This document shows, one piece after another, positions 1 to 7,767 of a stretch of DNA of 64,000 nucleotides. The stretch covers positions 96,001 through 160,000 of the IMG/VR virus record IMGVR_UViG_2609460327_000001; one strand, written 5' to 3'. The stretch is from a virus (Duplodnaviria > Caudoviricetes). Each line of letters begins with the position of its first letter. The stretch's first letter is position 1. The position numbers and the translations under genes were made by a program. The notes under the pieces were generated by a model. The model was given only the letters and a program-made list of their open reading frames with translations, was not told the DNA's origin and did no database searches.

Positions 1-756
1 TTCGATCTCATATACATTGACGGAGTATACTTTGATACTCATCCGGAGGCCATCCAAAAATTTATTCAATTTGCCCAGGATAAAGAGTATCAAGGTCAGC
101 TAATACATGGATTCTTCGACGTTAAAGACCTGGATTCAATGGAAAGCATCCGAACCATCTATTCAGATATTAAGTCTCTTACGCAGACAACTGAGAACGG
201 TGATGAGGAGCTTGGTAAATACTTTTCAGTCGTGTTTGATCAAATGAAAGATCATCATGCGGCAGCGGTATACGCCGGGCTTGTAGCTTCATTGAATCCA
301 GAAAAGAGCCCTGTTAATAAGACACTAAATGTGGAATTAAAGCAGGAGCTATCAAAGGAAGATATGCAGGAGCTAAGTGCTGCTGGAATCGTCTGTTTTA
401 AAGATAGCTTAAAAAAAGGAGTCGTCTGTTCCTCCTCAAGTTGTGCGGTCGCTACATCCAGTAGTGCAAGCAAGCATATTTCCAATCTTCGAATTGCACA
501 GTTTCTTATTCAAGAAATTGCTGATCGTCTTCAAGAATACGTAGGCAGGATCGGCATTGAGTATATCATTACCGAAGCCGAAGCAATCATACAATCGATT
601 GCAGAAAGCTATATGGATGCTCAGCGAATCAAGCGATACGATTACACGCTGGAACCGGATAGGCTGAGGGGAGTCATCAACATTGAAATCGAGATCGTTC
701 CTATTTTCTCAGTCTATACAATGACACAGACTTCTCAGGTAAGGGTGAGAACATGA
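1..756 (+). CDS. Tail-sheath-like protein (C-terminal sheath domain), 5'-truncated by window edge
   Basis: Frame 1 is open from base 1 (FDLIYIDGVYFD...) to the stop at 756. The C-terminus (HISNLRIAQFLIQEIADRLQEYVGR...GVINIEIEIVPIFSV) parallels that of the 923-aa sheath (RLSTIRITHLSVQLVRRKAEPYIG...GNAFITLDLVPQFEL). Confidence 0.65.
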   Translation, partial: FDLIYIDGVYFDTHPEAIQKFIQFAQDKEYQGQLIHGFFDVKDLDSMESIRTIYSDIKSLTQTTENGDEELGKYFSVVFDQMKDHHAAAVYAGLVASLNPEKSPVNKTLNVELKQELSKEDMQELSAAGIVCFKDSLKKGVVCSSSSCAVATSSSASKHISNLRIAQFLIQEIADRLQEYVGRIGIEYIITEAEAIIQSIAESYMDAQRIKRYDYTLEPDRLRGVINIEIEIVPIFSVYTMTQTSQVRVRT

Positions 757-1388
757 ATCTGAATTACCCAACTGGCTATGATCCAAAGAAAGATCCGTAC
801 TTGGATAATCGTCTCCGCGCAGATAAACCCATTACCTTTCTAGGATTCATTGATGAAATGAATAAGCTCTGGAAAAGGGCGGAGAAGAAAGGGTCAATTA
901 AAAGACACTTTCCAGTGAAAGACGAGGCTGAAGTTCCTCTCATTACATTTCGGCTGATCAGCCGAGTAATCGATCCTGACTACAAAGATCGCAAGCCTCG
1001 TCTACGAGCGCAAATTCATCATCCATATGTTCCGGGTGAAATAGTGGAGCTATGGGGTCAAGTGTTTCTATTCACTATTCAGTTCGATGTGCATGCTCTG
1101 ACTGCTGAGGAAGCAGATGAATTAGCAGGAGAGTTAGAAGATTTCATCTTTATGTACAAAGGATATTTCAAACAGAACGGTGTTCATGAACTAACGTTCT
1201 TACAGCAGCTTGAAGATCAGGTGAGTTCGGACACAAGGGTCAATGTGCCCATACGTCCGATTCAATATATTATGCGATTCGAGAAGATAACTCCAAAATT
1301 CCTTAATCGCATCGAGCAGATCGCGGTCAGAACAAATGACCTTGACGCTCAGAAAACAAGTCAGCAACCCTTTAAGGAGGATGAATAA
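753..1388 (+). CDS. Putative tail completion/terminator protein
   Basis: 211-aa ORF overlapping the previous stop (ATGA), directly upstream of the sheath. The IQFDVHALTAEEADELAGELEDFI pattern resembles tail-terminator proteins. Call is mostly positional. Confidence 0.5.
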   Translation: MNLNYPTGYDPKKDPYLDNRLRADKPITFLGFIDEMNKLWKRAEKKGSIKRHFPVKDEAEVPLITFRLISRVIDPDYKDRKPRLRAQIHHPYVPGEIVELWGQVFLFTIQFDVHALTAEEADELAGELEDFIFMYKGYFKQNGVHELTFLQQLEDQVSSDTRVNVPIRPIQYIMRFEKITPKFLNRIEQIAVRTNDLDAQKTSQQPFKEDE

Positions 1389-1390
1389 AA

Positions 1391-4162
1391 ATGGCAACTA
1401 CTGAAAAGTACGAAAATCTGCCTGGTGTTAAAGTAACCTATGAAGACGGTCAATTGTTTACCGGCAGCTCTCAGCAAACTGCAACTACTCAGTCCAAACT
1501 GATTATCGGCAGTGCAGTGGATGGTCCAACTGGCGAGCCAGTATCTGTCCGTGAACTCGGCATCAAAGAAGTGGACAAGCTATTTGGTGGCATGCTTGAT
1601 CGCACTACAAAAGAACCGAATGGTTCCTCTCTGGTTCGAGGCATGTACGAATCTATTCTAGCTGGTAACGATGACATTCGCTTGATTCGTGTAGACGGTA
1701 AATCCGCTCAAACAGTTTTGAATGCGAAAGACCTTGCCCGCGCTACAGAGCAGTTCCTTGATTATGCAAAAGGAAATACTGCATTCTCTGCTAATCTGAA
1801 GATCCCTGAAAATGGACGTTTTGTTGGTGAGGTCACAGTGTCTGAGATTGATAAAGATACTGGCGTGTCTAAAGTAATTGCAAATGCAATTCGCAATGTC
1901 GATACTTCTATCGCTGGCCAAGAAATAGCATACTTCTATGCTGATAAAATGCGTCCTGGTAATACAGTTAAGATGTCATTTGATTACGAGAATTATGTAT
2001 ACACTATGGTTCCTAAAGCGGACGAAGGTGGAGTGCCTGATTACACTGATCCAGATTACACATTGAATCGTGATGTACAGGAAAACCACTATTTCTACTC
2101 TTCCCGCAGAAACTGGTCAGACAAGCTTGAAAGTGGACACGTTCCAGTTGTTGTTGTAAAAGACAATACTACTGGCGTGGTTGCAACGATTTCTTCCACG
2201 ACTCCTACAGGAGAATTGATCTACCGTGTAGGTAAAGGATTTAACACGGCAAATCCACTTACCGATCCGGTATCCGCTAGTGATTACAAAGATGGCGGTA
2301 TCTTCTTCACAGCAGCTTATGATGCTGAAGTAGCGAAAGGAGTATATCCAGATATCACAGGCAACGTAACTGTTACTGTTGAGTATGCTTGGTACTCTTC
2401 CTTTGCGAATAAAACAGAAGTGACTGCAACTGTTCCTGGACAGGATACTCCTTACAACCTGAACTACACTCCAATGAGTGATCAGTTCTCTATCTTCTAT
2501 ATGGAAGGTCAAAACAAGGTTGTTGTTGATCCAGCAGGATACGGTTTGGATATCTCCGATAAGCAAGTGACCATCTTTGCAGGCGCTGTTCCAGTAGGCG
2601 TTCAATTGTATGCAGGATACAAGACATCCAGCAATACAGCAAGCGATCCTAAGTTGTTCGTTTACGGCAAATACGATGGAGAAGTTTACGGAAGCCTGAC
2701 GGATCCATACGATCCAACGACTCTTCGAGGTGTTCGAGTTGAAGTTCAAGTTGACCCAGAAGATCCAGCTGGCGTAGAGAAGGTCATTATCTTCCACAAG
2801 CCGACTGAGAAAAAGCTTACCTCTCAGGATAACGCGTTGAGATATAAAACAAAGGCGCTGACAGCAGTACGCACGCTTCGCCAACTGGTTCAATATGTCA
2901 ACACTGATCCAAACAATAACGTTGTTCGACTCTTCTGCCCGAATGAGTTTGGTAGCGTAAGAGTTCAAGGATTGCTTGAAACAGCTCCAACGTACCTCGG
3001 TGAAGAAAGCCCAGGCGTAATTAAAGAAGACCCAACTCAAGCCATTGATTCTCCAGATCGTTTCCCATGGCTCGGACAAAACGGGCTCTTTGATCCTACG
3101 AAGCCAGCAGATATGGCTAAACTTTATGAAAAGCTCGGCGGCACTTATGAGTCAGACGGTTTCGGAAATATCAAGCTGACAAGCCAAGGTATTTACAACC
3201 GACTGGAAAACTATGCTGTTGACGTTATCGTACTGGTAGATGCTTATGCAAACAGCATTATCGATCCACTGGCACCTGAGAAGAACTTTGCAACACAGCT
3301 GGCGCAGCACTGTGCGGTTGTTACTGCGAAGACTTATGAAACCATCGGTGTTATTAGTATGGCCCCTGCTCTCGAATCTACTCTTCTGGCTGTACAGGAA
3401 TATGTAGACATCTCTACTGGTGTAGAGACTCTGATCACAGATGAGCGGAAGAAGACATATGAAAATGCGGGTATCCGTTTGGACTATGTGAACATGCACA
3501 GCATGTTTAACGAAGCTACGCATGAATATGTGCTCAACGAGAAGGGTGAGACCATTGATGTTGGTCGATATGTGAGTGTTGTGTTTGGTCCAGAAGTAGG
3601 GCTTACAAGCGACCAAGTTGGCAACTATGTTGCGCCGGGTGCTATTGTGTACGGTTCCTTGATCACTACACTGAATGCTGAAGTTGCAACGACTAATAAG
3701 CAATTGCCTTCTGTATACGGTCTTCGCTATCGCCTTTCCGAAGGACAGCATAACCAACTGATTGGCGGACGTTATGTAACGTTCGATACGAAAGCTTTCT
3801 CGACTACAGGTACGAATCGCGCGGTTTCAGTAAAAGACGGGGTAACAGCTGCTCGTCCAAACTCTGACTATGGTCGTCTTTCTACCATCCGAATCACTCA
3901 CCTGTCGGTACAGCTGGTTCGCAGAAAGGCTGAACCATATATCGGATTACCAAATGGTCTGGCTCAGCGAAATGCATTGTCTGCTGAGATTCAAGCAGGG
4001 CTCGATGCACTGAAAGAAAATGGAGTTCTTCAACGCTTTAACTTCGTTATCTTCTCCAGCGCTGCCGATCAAGTCCTTGGCAATGCGTTTATTACGCTAG
4101 ATCTTGTTCCGCAGTTCGAACTGAGAAACTTCAATGCTTCTGTAGTTTTGAAAGCTTCATAA
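1391..4162 (+). CDS. Contractile tail sheath protein with large internal insertion domains
   Basis: RBS AAGGAGG. N-terminal LPGVKVTYED...LIIGSAVDGP.GEPV and C-terminal LSTIRI...PYIG.PN...ITLDLVPQFELR are typical sheath motifs. 923 aa. Confidence 0.9.
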   Translation: MATTEKYENLPGVKVTYEDGQLFTGSSQQTATTQSKLIIGSAVDGPTGEPVSVRELGIKEVDKLFGGMLDRTTKEPNGSSLVRGMYESILAGNDDIRLIRVDGKSAQTVLNAKDLARATEQFLDYAKGNTAFSANLKIPENGRFVGEVTVSEIDKDTGVSKVIANAIRNVDTSIAGQEIAYFYADKMRPGNTVKMSFDYENYVYTMVPKADEGGVPDYTDPDYTLNRDVQENHYFYSSRRNWSDKLESGHVPVVVVKDNTTGVVATISSTTPTGELIYRVGKGFNTANPLTDPVSASDYKDGGIFFTAAYDAEVAKGVYPDITGNVTVTVEYAWYSSFANKTEVTATVPGQDTPYNLNYTPMSDQFSIFYMEGQNKVVVDPAGYGLDISDKQVTIFAGAVPVGVQLYAGYKTSSNTASDPKLFVYGKYDGEVYGSLTDPYDPTTLRGVRVEVQVDPEDPAGVEKVIIFHKPTEKKLTSQDNALRYKTKALTAVRTLRQLVQYVNTDPNNNVVRLFCPNEFGSVRVQGLLETAPTYLGEESPGVIKEDPTQAIDSPDRFPWLGQNGLFDPTKPADMAKLYEKLGGTYESDGFGNIKLTSQGIYNRLENYAVDVIVLVDAYANSIIDPLAPEKNFATQLAQHCAVVTAKTYETIGVISMAPALESTLLAVQEYVDISTGVETLITDERKKTYENAGIRLDYVNMHSMFNEATHEYVLNEKGETIDVGRYVSVVFGPEVGLTSDQVGNYVAPGAIVYGSLITTLNAEVATTNKQLPSVYGLRYRLSEGQHNQLIGGRYVTFDTKAFSTTGTNRAVSVKDGVTAARPNSDYGRLSTIRITHLSVQLVRRKAEPYIGLPNGLAQRNALSAEIQAGLDALKENGVLQRFNFVIFSSAADQVLGNAFITLDLVPQFELRNFNASVVLKAS

Positions 4163-4167
4163 TCATC

Positions 4168-4197
4168 TGGTTTGGTATAGTACAACACACCAAACCA
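4168..4197 (+). promoter_or_regulatory. Inverted repeat TGGTTTGGT/ACCAAACCA overlapping a TATAGT box; candidate phage promoter
   Basis: Perfect 9-bp arms at 4168-4176 and 4189-4197. Shares TGGTTYGGTATART with the element at 28914-28946. Confidence 0.45.
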
Positions 4198-4200
4198 AAC

Positions 4201-4224
4201 TCCTGGGGTTTAATTACCCCAGGA
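4201..4224 (+). other. GC-rich hairpin TCCTGGGGT-ttaatt-ACCCCAGGA upstream of tube RBS
   Basis: Perfect 9-bp stem with no U-tract; could be an mRNA stabiliser, processing site or weak terminator. Confidence 0.45.
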
Positions 4225-4247
4225 CTAATATAAAGGAGTGAAATTTA

Positions 4248-4971
4248 ATGGCTATTAACGCAGGCACTAGCATGGAGAACTACACACGCTCGTTTAGCTC
4301 CTTCGCTGGTTCAGATAATCGTCGCAACATTCAATGGACGACTCATTGGTGAACTCCAGGCGATTACTTACTCCGTTACTCGTGAGGTCGCACCGATCTA
4401 CACGATGGGGTCGCCAGATGCCCGCTCGTTCTCCCGTGGTAAGCGCGGAATCAGCGGATCGTTGGTATTTACTCAGTTCGACCGTGATGCTCTGCTTAGC
4501 GAAATGGAAAAAACGTATTCCGGCGCACCGGCAATGCAAACCTTCCAGCAATACAAAGCAAACATGGATGATGACTTGATCTTCGGTCTGAAAAACACAG
4601 AACGCGGTTATGGCATTAGTGCATGGGATGATGAAATGACTCGTCTTGGTTATGCGAAGACAGGAGCCAACACATTCGATGATTCTAACCTGACTGGCTT
4701 CTATGTTCCAGAATACGCTGACCAATTGATGCCATTCAATATCACAATCACTGGTGCCAATGAGTACGGACAGCGCATGGGTATGGAAATCTACGGTATT
4801 CAGGTCTTGAATGAAGGTTCTGGATTCTCTGTAGATGATGTTATTACTGCTAAGGCGTATACGTTCGTGGCCCGCAAGCTGAAAGGTGTTCGTCCGAAAG
4901 ACAACCTTCGCAATGAAGGCTCTGACGGTATGATTTCCACTGTAGGCGATTTGTTCAGAACGGTACTCTAA
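4248..4971 (+). CDS. Major tail tube protein, interrupted by a +1 frameshift at about 4317
   Basis: RBS AAAGGAG and ATG at 4248 give MAINAGTSMENYTRSFSSFAGSD, then a stop at 4350-4352. Removing one A from GATAATC gives ...FAGSDIVATFNGRLIGELQAITYSVTREVAPIYTMGSPDARSFSRGKRG, colinear with the paralog at 5036 (YSGSDIVAT...GELSTISYS.FREK.PV..LG...FTRG.R). About 240 aa when restored. Confidence 0.8.
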
Positions 4972-4976
4972 TGGAC

Positions 4977-5008
4977 AAAGGGCAGCTCCAAAAGGGCTGC
5001 CCTTTTTT
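4977..5008 (+). terminator. Rho-independent terminator
   Basis: AAAGGGCAGCTC-caaaa-GGGCTGCCCTTT followed by a T-run, directly after the tube stop codon. Confidence 0.85.
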
Positions 5009-5035
5009 ACATACTTATAGGAAAGAGGTGCCACC

Positions 5036-5521
5036 ATGAAAAGAGCGAACAACGGCTATATGCATACGTTCACCAGTTACTCCGGTTCAGATATTGTAGC
5101 CACTATTAATATGCCCGGAAAAGGGCCGCAAGTATTCGGTGAACTATCCACTATTTCATATTCTATATTCAGAGAGAAGTTTCCGGTTCGAGCACTAGGA
5201 AGAAGCAGTATGAAAGGATTCACTAGGGGGATGCGCACGATCACTGGCGTGATGAGTTTTACGATGTTCGATGAAAGCATTGTTCTTCAAGCAATGGAAG
5301 AAGTGAAAAAGCTAGGATACAACATGCTTATGGATGAGATGCCTATGTTCGATATCACCATTTCAATGGCAAATGAGTTTGGAGCAAAAAGTGCACTGAC
5401 GATTTATGGTGTTACAACTTATACAGAAGGCATGTCTTTAAGTATTAACAGCTTGCTAACCGAATCCGTCTATGAGTTTTATGCTCTCGATATTGATCCA
5501 ATGAGAAGGGTGATTAAATAA
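5036..5521 (+). CDS. Tail tube paralog 2 (tube initiator/minor tube)
   Basis: Shares SGSDIVAT, GELxxIxYS, RGxRxIxG, MPxFxITI and ANExG motifs with the major tube. RBS GAGGTG. Confidence 0.8.
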   Translation: MKRANNGYMHTFTSYSGSDIVATINMPGKGPQVFGELSTISYSIFREKFPVRALGRSSMKGFTRGMRTITGVMSFTMFDESIVLQAMEEVKKLGYNMLMDEMPMFDITISMANEFGAKSALTIYGVTTYTEGMSLSINSLLTESVYEFYALDIDPMRRVIK

Positions 5522-6288
5522 TGGCCATTTATAGTTCAAGGAGAAAACCATCCCCTCAAGGGAATATTTATAAACGCCCCGACAATCGAGTAGAGTATCA
5601 GATCTTTAATGAAGATTATTTTTCAGGAGCAGACGTCAACTTATTCTTCGGAGATATTTGGGTGGACGAAGCGACATCTATTCAGTTTGCGCTGAGTGAG
5701 CAGGTGCTACCTGTTTACGGATATCATTCCTATACGATGGATACGGTTGCCCGCGGACAGAGAATGGTTCAAGGACAGTTCAGCATCAACTTCAAAGGCG
5801 TAGGATATCTGAAAGAAGTGCTGAAGAATGCAACAGCAATTAATTATGCGGTCAGTCAGGCACAACAGGAAGGTGTTATTAAGAAAGAGGATTTCAAGAA
5901 GTATAAGCTGGATGAGATTCTAACGATGTATGGCAAGGAGAGCTTTGAACAGATCGCTGAGGAGTATGAAGCGGCTTTATGGGGCACATCTGAGGATGAG
6001 TCTATGTTGACTAATCCCTATACGACGTTTTTCCCTGCTGATCCATACGGCTTTGATATCAAGATTAACTATGGTGCAGTCAGTGAGTCCCTAAATCCAG
6101 GGACACAGTTCTTTACAACTGCAGGAAGTTTTAGGACTCCTGCAAATGTGACAGTTGAGACAGTGAACGGAGTGCAGCTTAATGGCTTGTCCAAAGTCGG
6201 CATCGGCACTGCCTTTGAAGGGCAGCCCATCACAGAAGTTTACAATTTCATCGCCAGAGATATAAATGGTCCTTTATATGTAAGGTAA
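5521..6288 (+). CDS. Tail tube paralog 3 (baseplate-proximal tube-like protein)
   Basis: YFSGADVNLF...PVYGY...ARGQRMVQGQFSINF...FDIKINYG...EVYNFIARDI follows the same motif series as the two preceding tube genes. Confidence 0.75.
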   Translation: MAIYSSRRKPSPQGNIYKRPDNRVEYQIFNEDYFSGADVNLFFGDIWVDEATSIQFALSEQVLPVYGYHSYTMDTVARGQRMVQGQFSINFKGVGYLKEVLKNATAINYAVSQAQQEGVIKKEDFKKYKLDEILTMYGKESFEQIAEEYEAALWGTSEDESMLTNPYTTFFPADPYGFDIKINYGAVSESLNPGTQFFTTAGSFRTPANVTVETVNGVQLNGLSKVGIGTAFEGQPITEVYNFIARDINGPLYVR

Positions 6289-6320
6289 AAGCAAGTATAA
6301 TAAAAATGTAATGCGTTACA
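6273..6320 (+). promoter_or_regulatory. sigmaA-like promoter (TTTATA-17-TATAAT) followed by palindrome TGTAATGCGTTACA
   Basis: -35-like box at 6273-6278, TATAAT at 6296-6301, palindrome at 6307-6320. The palindrome recurs at 58546 (identical) and 43514 (inverted, one mismatch). Confidence 0.6.
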
Positions 6321-6339
6321 ATATGATTCAAGAGAGGGA

Positions 6340-6807
6340 TTGCAGATGGAAGAGCCAACGCTTTTTGATATGGATGAGGATACAAAGGAAAAAGAAAATC
6401 TCCCTGTAGATCAAGATACAGGTGTAAAAGCTGAAGAAGAAACGAAAGAAGCAGTGCAGCAAGGATATACAGAAGAAGAGTTGAATAGTCCGGTTTTTGA
6501 AGGAGGACCAACTCGGAGAACCGTTGAAGAATGGAAGAAAAAGCATAAGACAATTTACTTTACTCCTTTCCCAGATGGGGTATATATCTGGCGAATTTTA
6601 ACTCGTCCAGAGTATCGAAATATTATTGAAGATAAAGCTCTGAACACCATGGATCGTGAAGATCATATGACTAGCACTTGTCTTCTGTATCCTAAAATGA
6701 CGCTCGAAGAAGTTAGGTCGGATTCCGCAGGAAGACCAAGTGTATTGTCCGAAATGATTATGTCAAAAAGTGCATTCGTCGCCCAGTCGGCGCCAATCCA
6801 ATTGTAA
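6340..6807 (+). CDS. Putative tail assembly chaperone 1
   Basis: Lies between the tube genes and the giant ORFs. Acidic N-terminus. Motif VEEWKKKH..IY......YIWRILTRPEY is shared with the next gene. Start may be TTG 6340 or ATG 6346. Confidence 0.6.
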   Translation: MQMEEPTLFDMDEDTKEKENLPVDQDTGVKAEEETKEAVQQGYTEEELNSPVFEGGPTRRTVEEWKKKHKTIYFTPFPDGVYIWRILTRPEYRNIIEDKALNTMDREDHMTSTCLLYPKMTLEEVRSDSAGRPSVLSEMIMSKSAFVAQSAPIQL

Positions 6808-6837
6808 GCAGGGCCATTCGCTCTGCTTCATTTTTTA
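6806..6837 (+). terminator. Probable Rho-independent terminator
   Basis: AAGCAGGGC-cattc-GCTCTGCTT followed by cattttttat. Confidence 0.6.
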
Positions 6838-6850
6838 TCAGGTGATAAAT

Positions 6851-7624
6851 ATGTATACACAAAAAGAGATTGATCTATGGAAAGAACAGTACGGGGATAT
6901 ATTTGCATGCACCATTAATGAGAAAAAATTCGTGTATCGAATGCTTGGACGGAATGAGTACAACTTTGTCATGGCAATGGGAGATGTATCCCCTAGCGAA
7001 GCTGAGGAAATCTTTTGTGAGATTGCAACGATCTATCCTGAAGGCTTTAACTTCCGTACAACAGATGGATATGCGACTTCCCTTTGCTCATATATCTTAG
7101 ACAGTTCGATGCTAGGCAATACAGATCAAGCAGAACAGCTGCTAAACTATCATCGGGAAGATATGACGGATTACAGCTTTCAAGTTGATTGTGTGATTCA
7201 AGAGGCGTTTCCTAAATATACGTTAGAAGAAATAGCCAGCTGGCCGGTGCCGAAAACGATGTATTACTTGGCTCGAGCTGAATGGATACTGCAAAATCTA
7301 CGAGGAGTGCCTTTACAAGTCTATTCTCAAGAAGAATTAATGACTATACAACAGGAACAAGCAGCTCCTGCTCCAATGCCTATGGCTATGTCTCCACAAC
7401 AAAGAGCGGAGGCATCCCCTTTAGCGAATCCAGAGAAACCGCCAGAGCCTAGACAAAAAGGCGATGTGAGCCGAAAGGAACTGACACAGCAAGAGCTAGA
7501 AGCTATGATGTCTCAAGTCTCAAGCCAGAAAGTTGACCTTAGTAAAAATATGGCCAATCAATCTTTTCCGGAACTAGCTTTATTTAAAGCTCAGGACGAC
7601 CTTAGAGGTGAGTTCGATGTTTAA
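6851..7624 (+). CDS. Putative tail assembly chaperone 2 (paralog of chaperone 1)
   Basis: Likely start is ATG 6851 (RBS AGGTGA), not the track's 6770. IDLWKEQYGDIF.......FVYRMLGRNEY aligns with chaperone 1. Pro/Gln-rich C-terminal tail. Confidence 0.6.
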   Translation: MYTQKEIDLWKEQYGDIFACTINEKKFVYRMLGRNEYNFVMAMGDVSPSEAEEIFCEIATIYPEGFNFRTTDGYATSLCSYILDSSMLGNTDQAEQLLNYHREDMTDYSFQVDCVIQEAFPKYTLEEIASWPVPKTMYYLARAEWILQNLRGVPLQVYSQEELMTIQQEQAAPAPMPMAMSPQQRAEASPLANPEKPPEPRQKGDVSRKELTQQELEAMMSQVSSQKVDLSKNMANQSFPELALFKAQDDLRGEFDV

Positions 7625-7763
7625 AGTATGGGAAATAGTGAATCAAGTTTACTACGATCCCAGAGTGAATAAGAAATATGGGGACGGGCAGTGGATGATT
7701 CAGACCTGCTGGGGGCTCTATCTTGAAAGATGGTATGAGAAATACGTATATGAAATGAGGTGA
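7617..7763 (+). CDS. Small 48-aa aromatic-rich hypothetical protein (below the ORF-track cutoff)
   Basis: RBS AGAGGTG then ATG 7617: MFKVWEIVNQVYYDPRVNKKYGDGQWMIQTCWGLYLERWYEKYVYEMR*. Fills the gap between chaperone 2 and the 1957-aa gene. Confidence 0.6.
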   Translation: MFKVWEIVNQVYYDPRVNKKYGDGQWMIQTCWGLYLERWYEKYVYEMR

Positions 7764-7767
7764 TAGC

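Noticed and set aside
4405-4971. ORF-track start for the tube gene (MGSPD...)
   Set aside because: Homology to the paralog extends upstream of it and it has no RBS; the real start is 4248 with a frameshift.
2117-5052. Long minus-strand ORFs (320, 201 and 252 aa) opposite the sheath and tube genes
   Set aside because: Antisense shadows of strongly biased + strand genes, with no recognisable motifs. The same applies to the other minus-strand ORFs in the track.
6340-7624. Lambda G/GT-type programmed -1 frameshift between the chaperones
   Set aside because: The two track ORFs overlap only because of an unsupported upstream start. The second gene has its own RBS and ATG (6851) and is a full paralog, and I found no convincing slippery heptamer at the end of the first.
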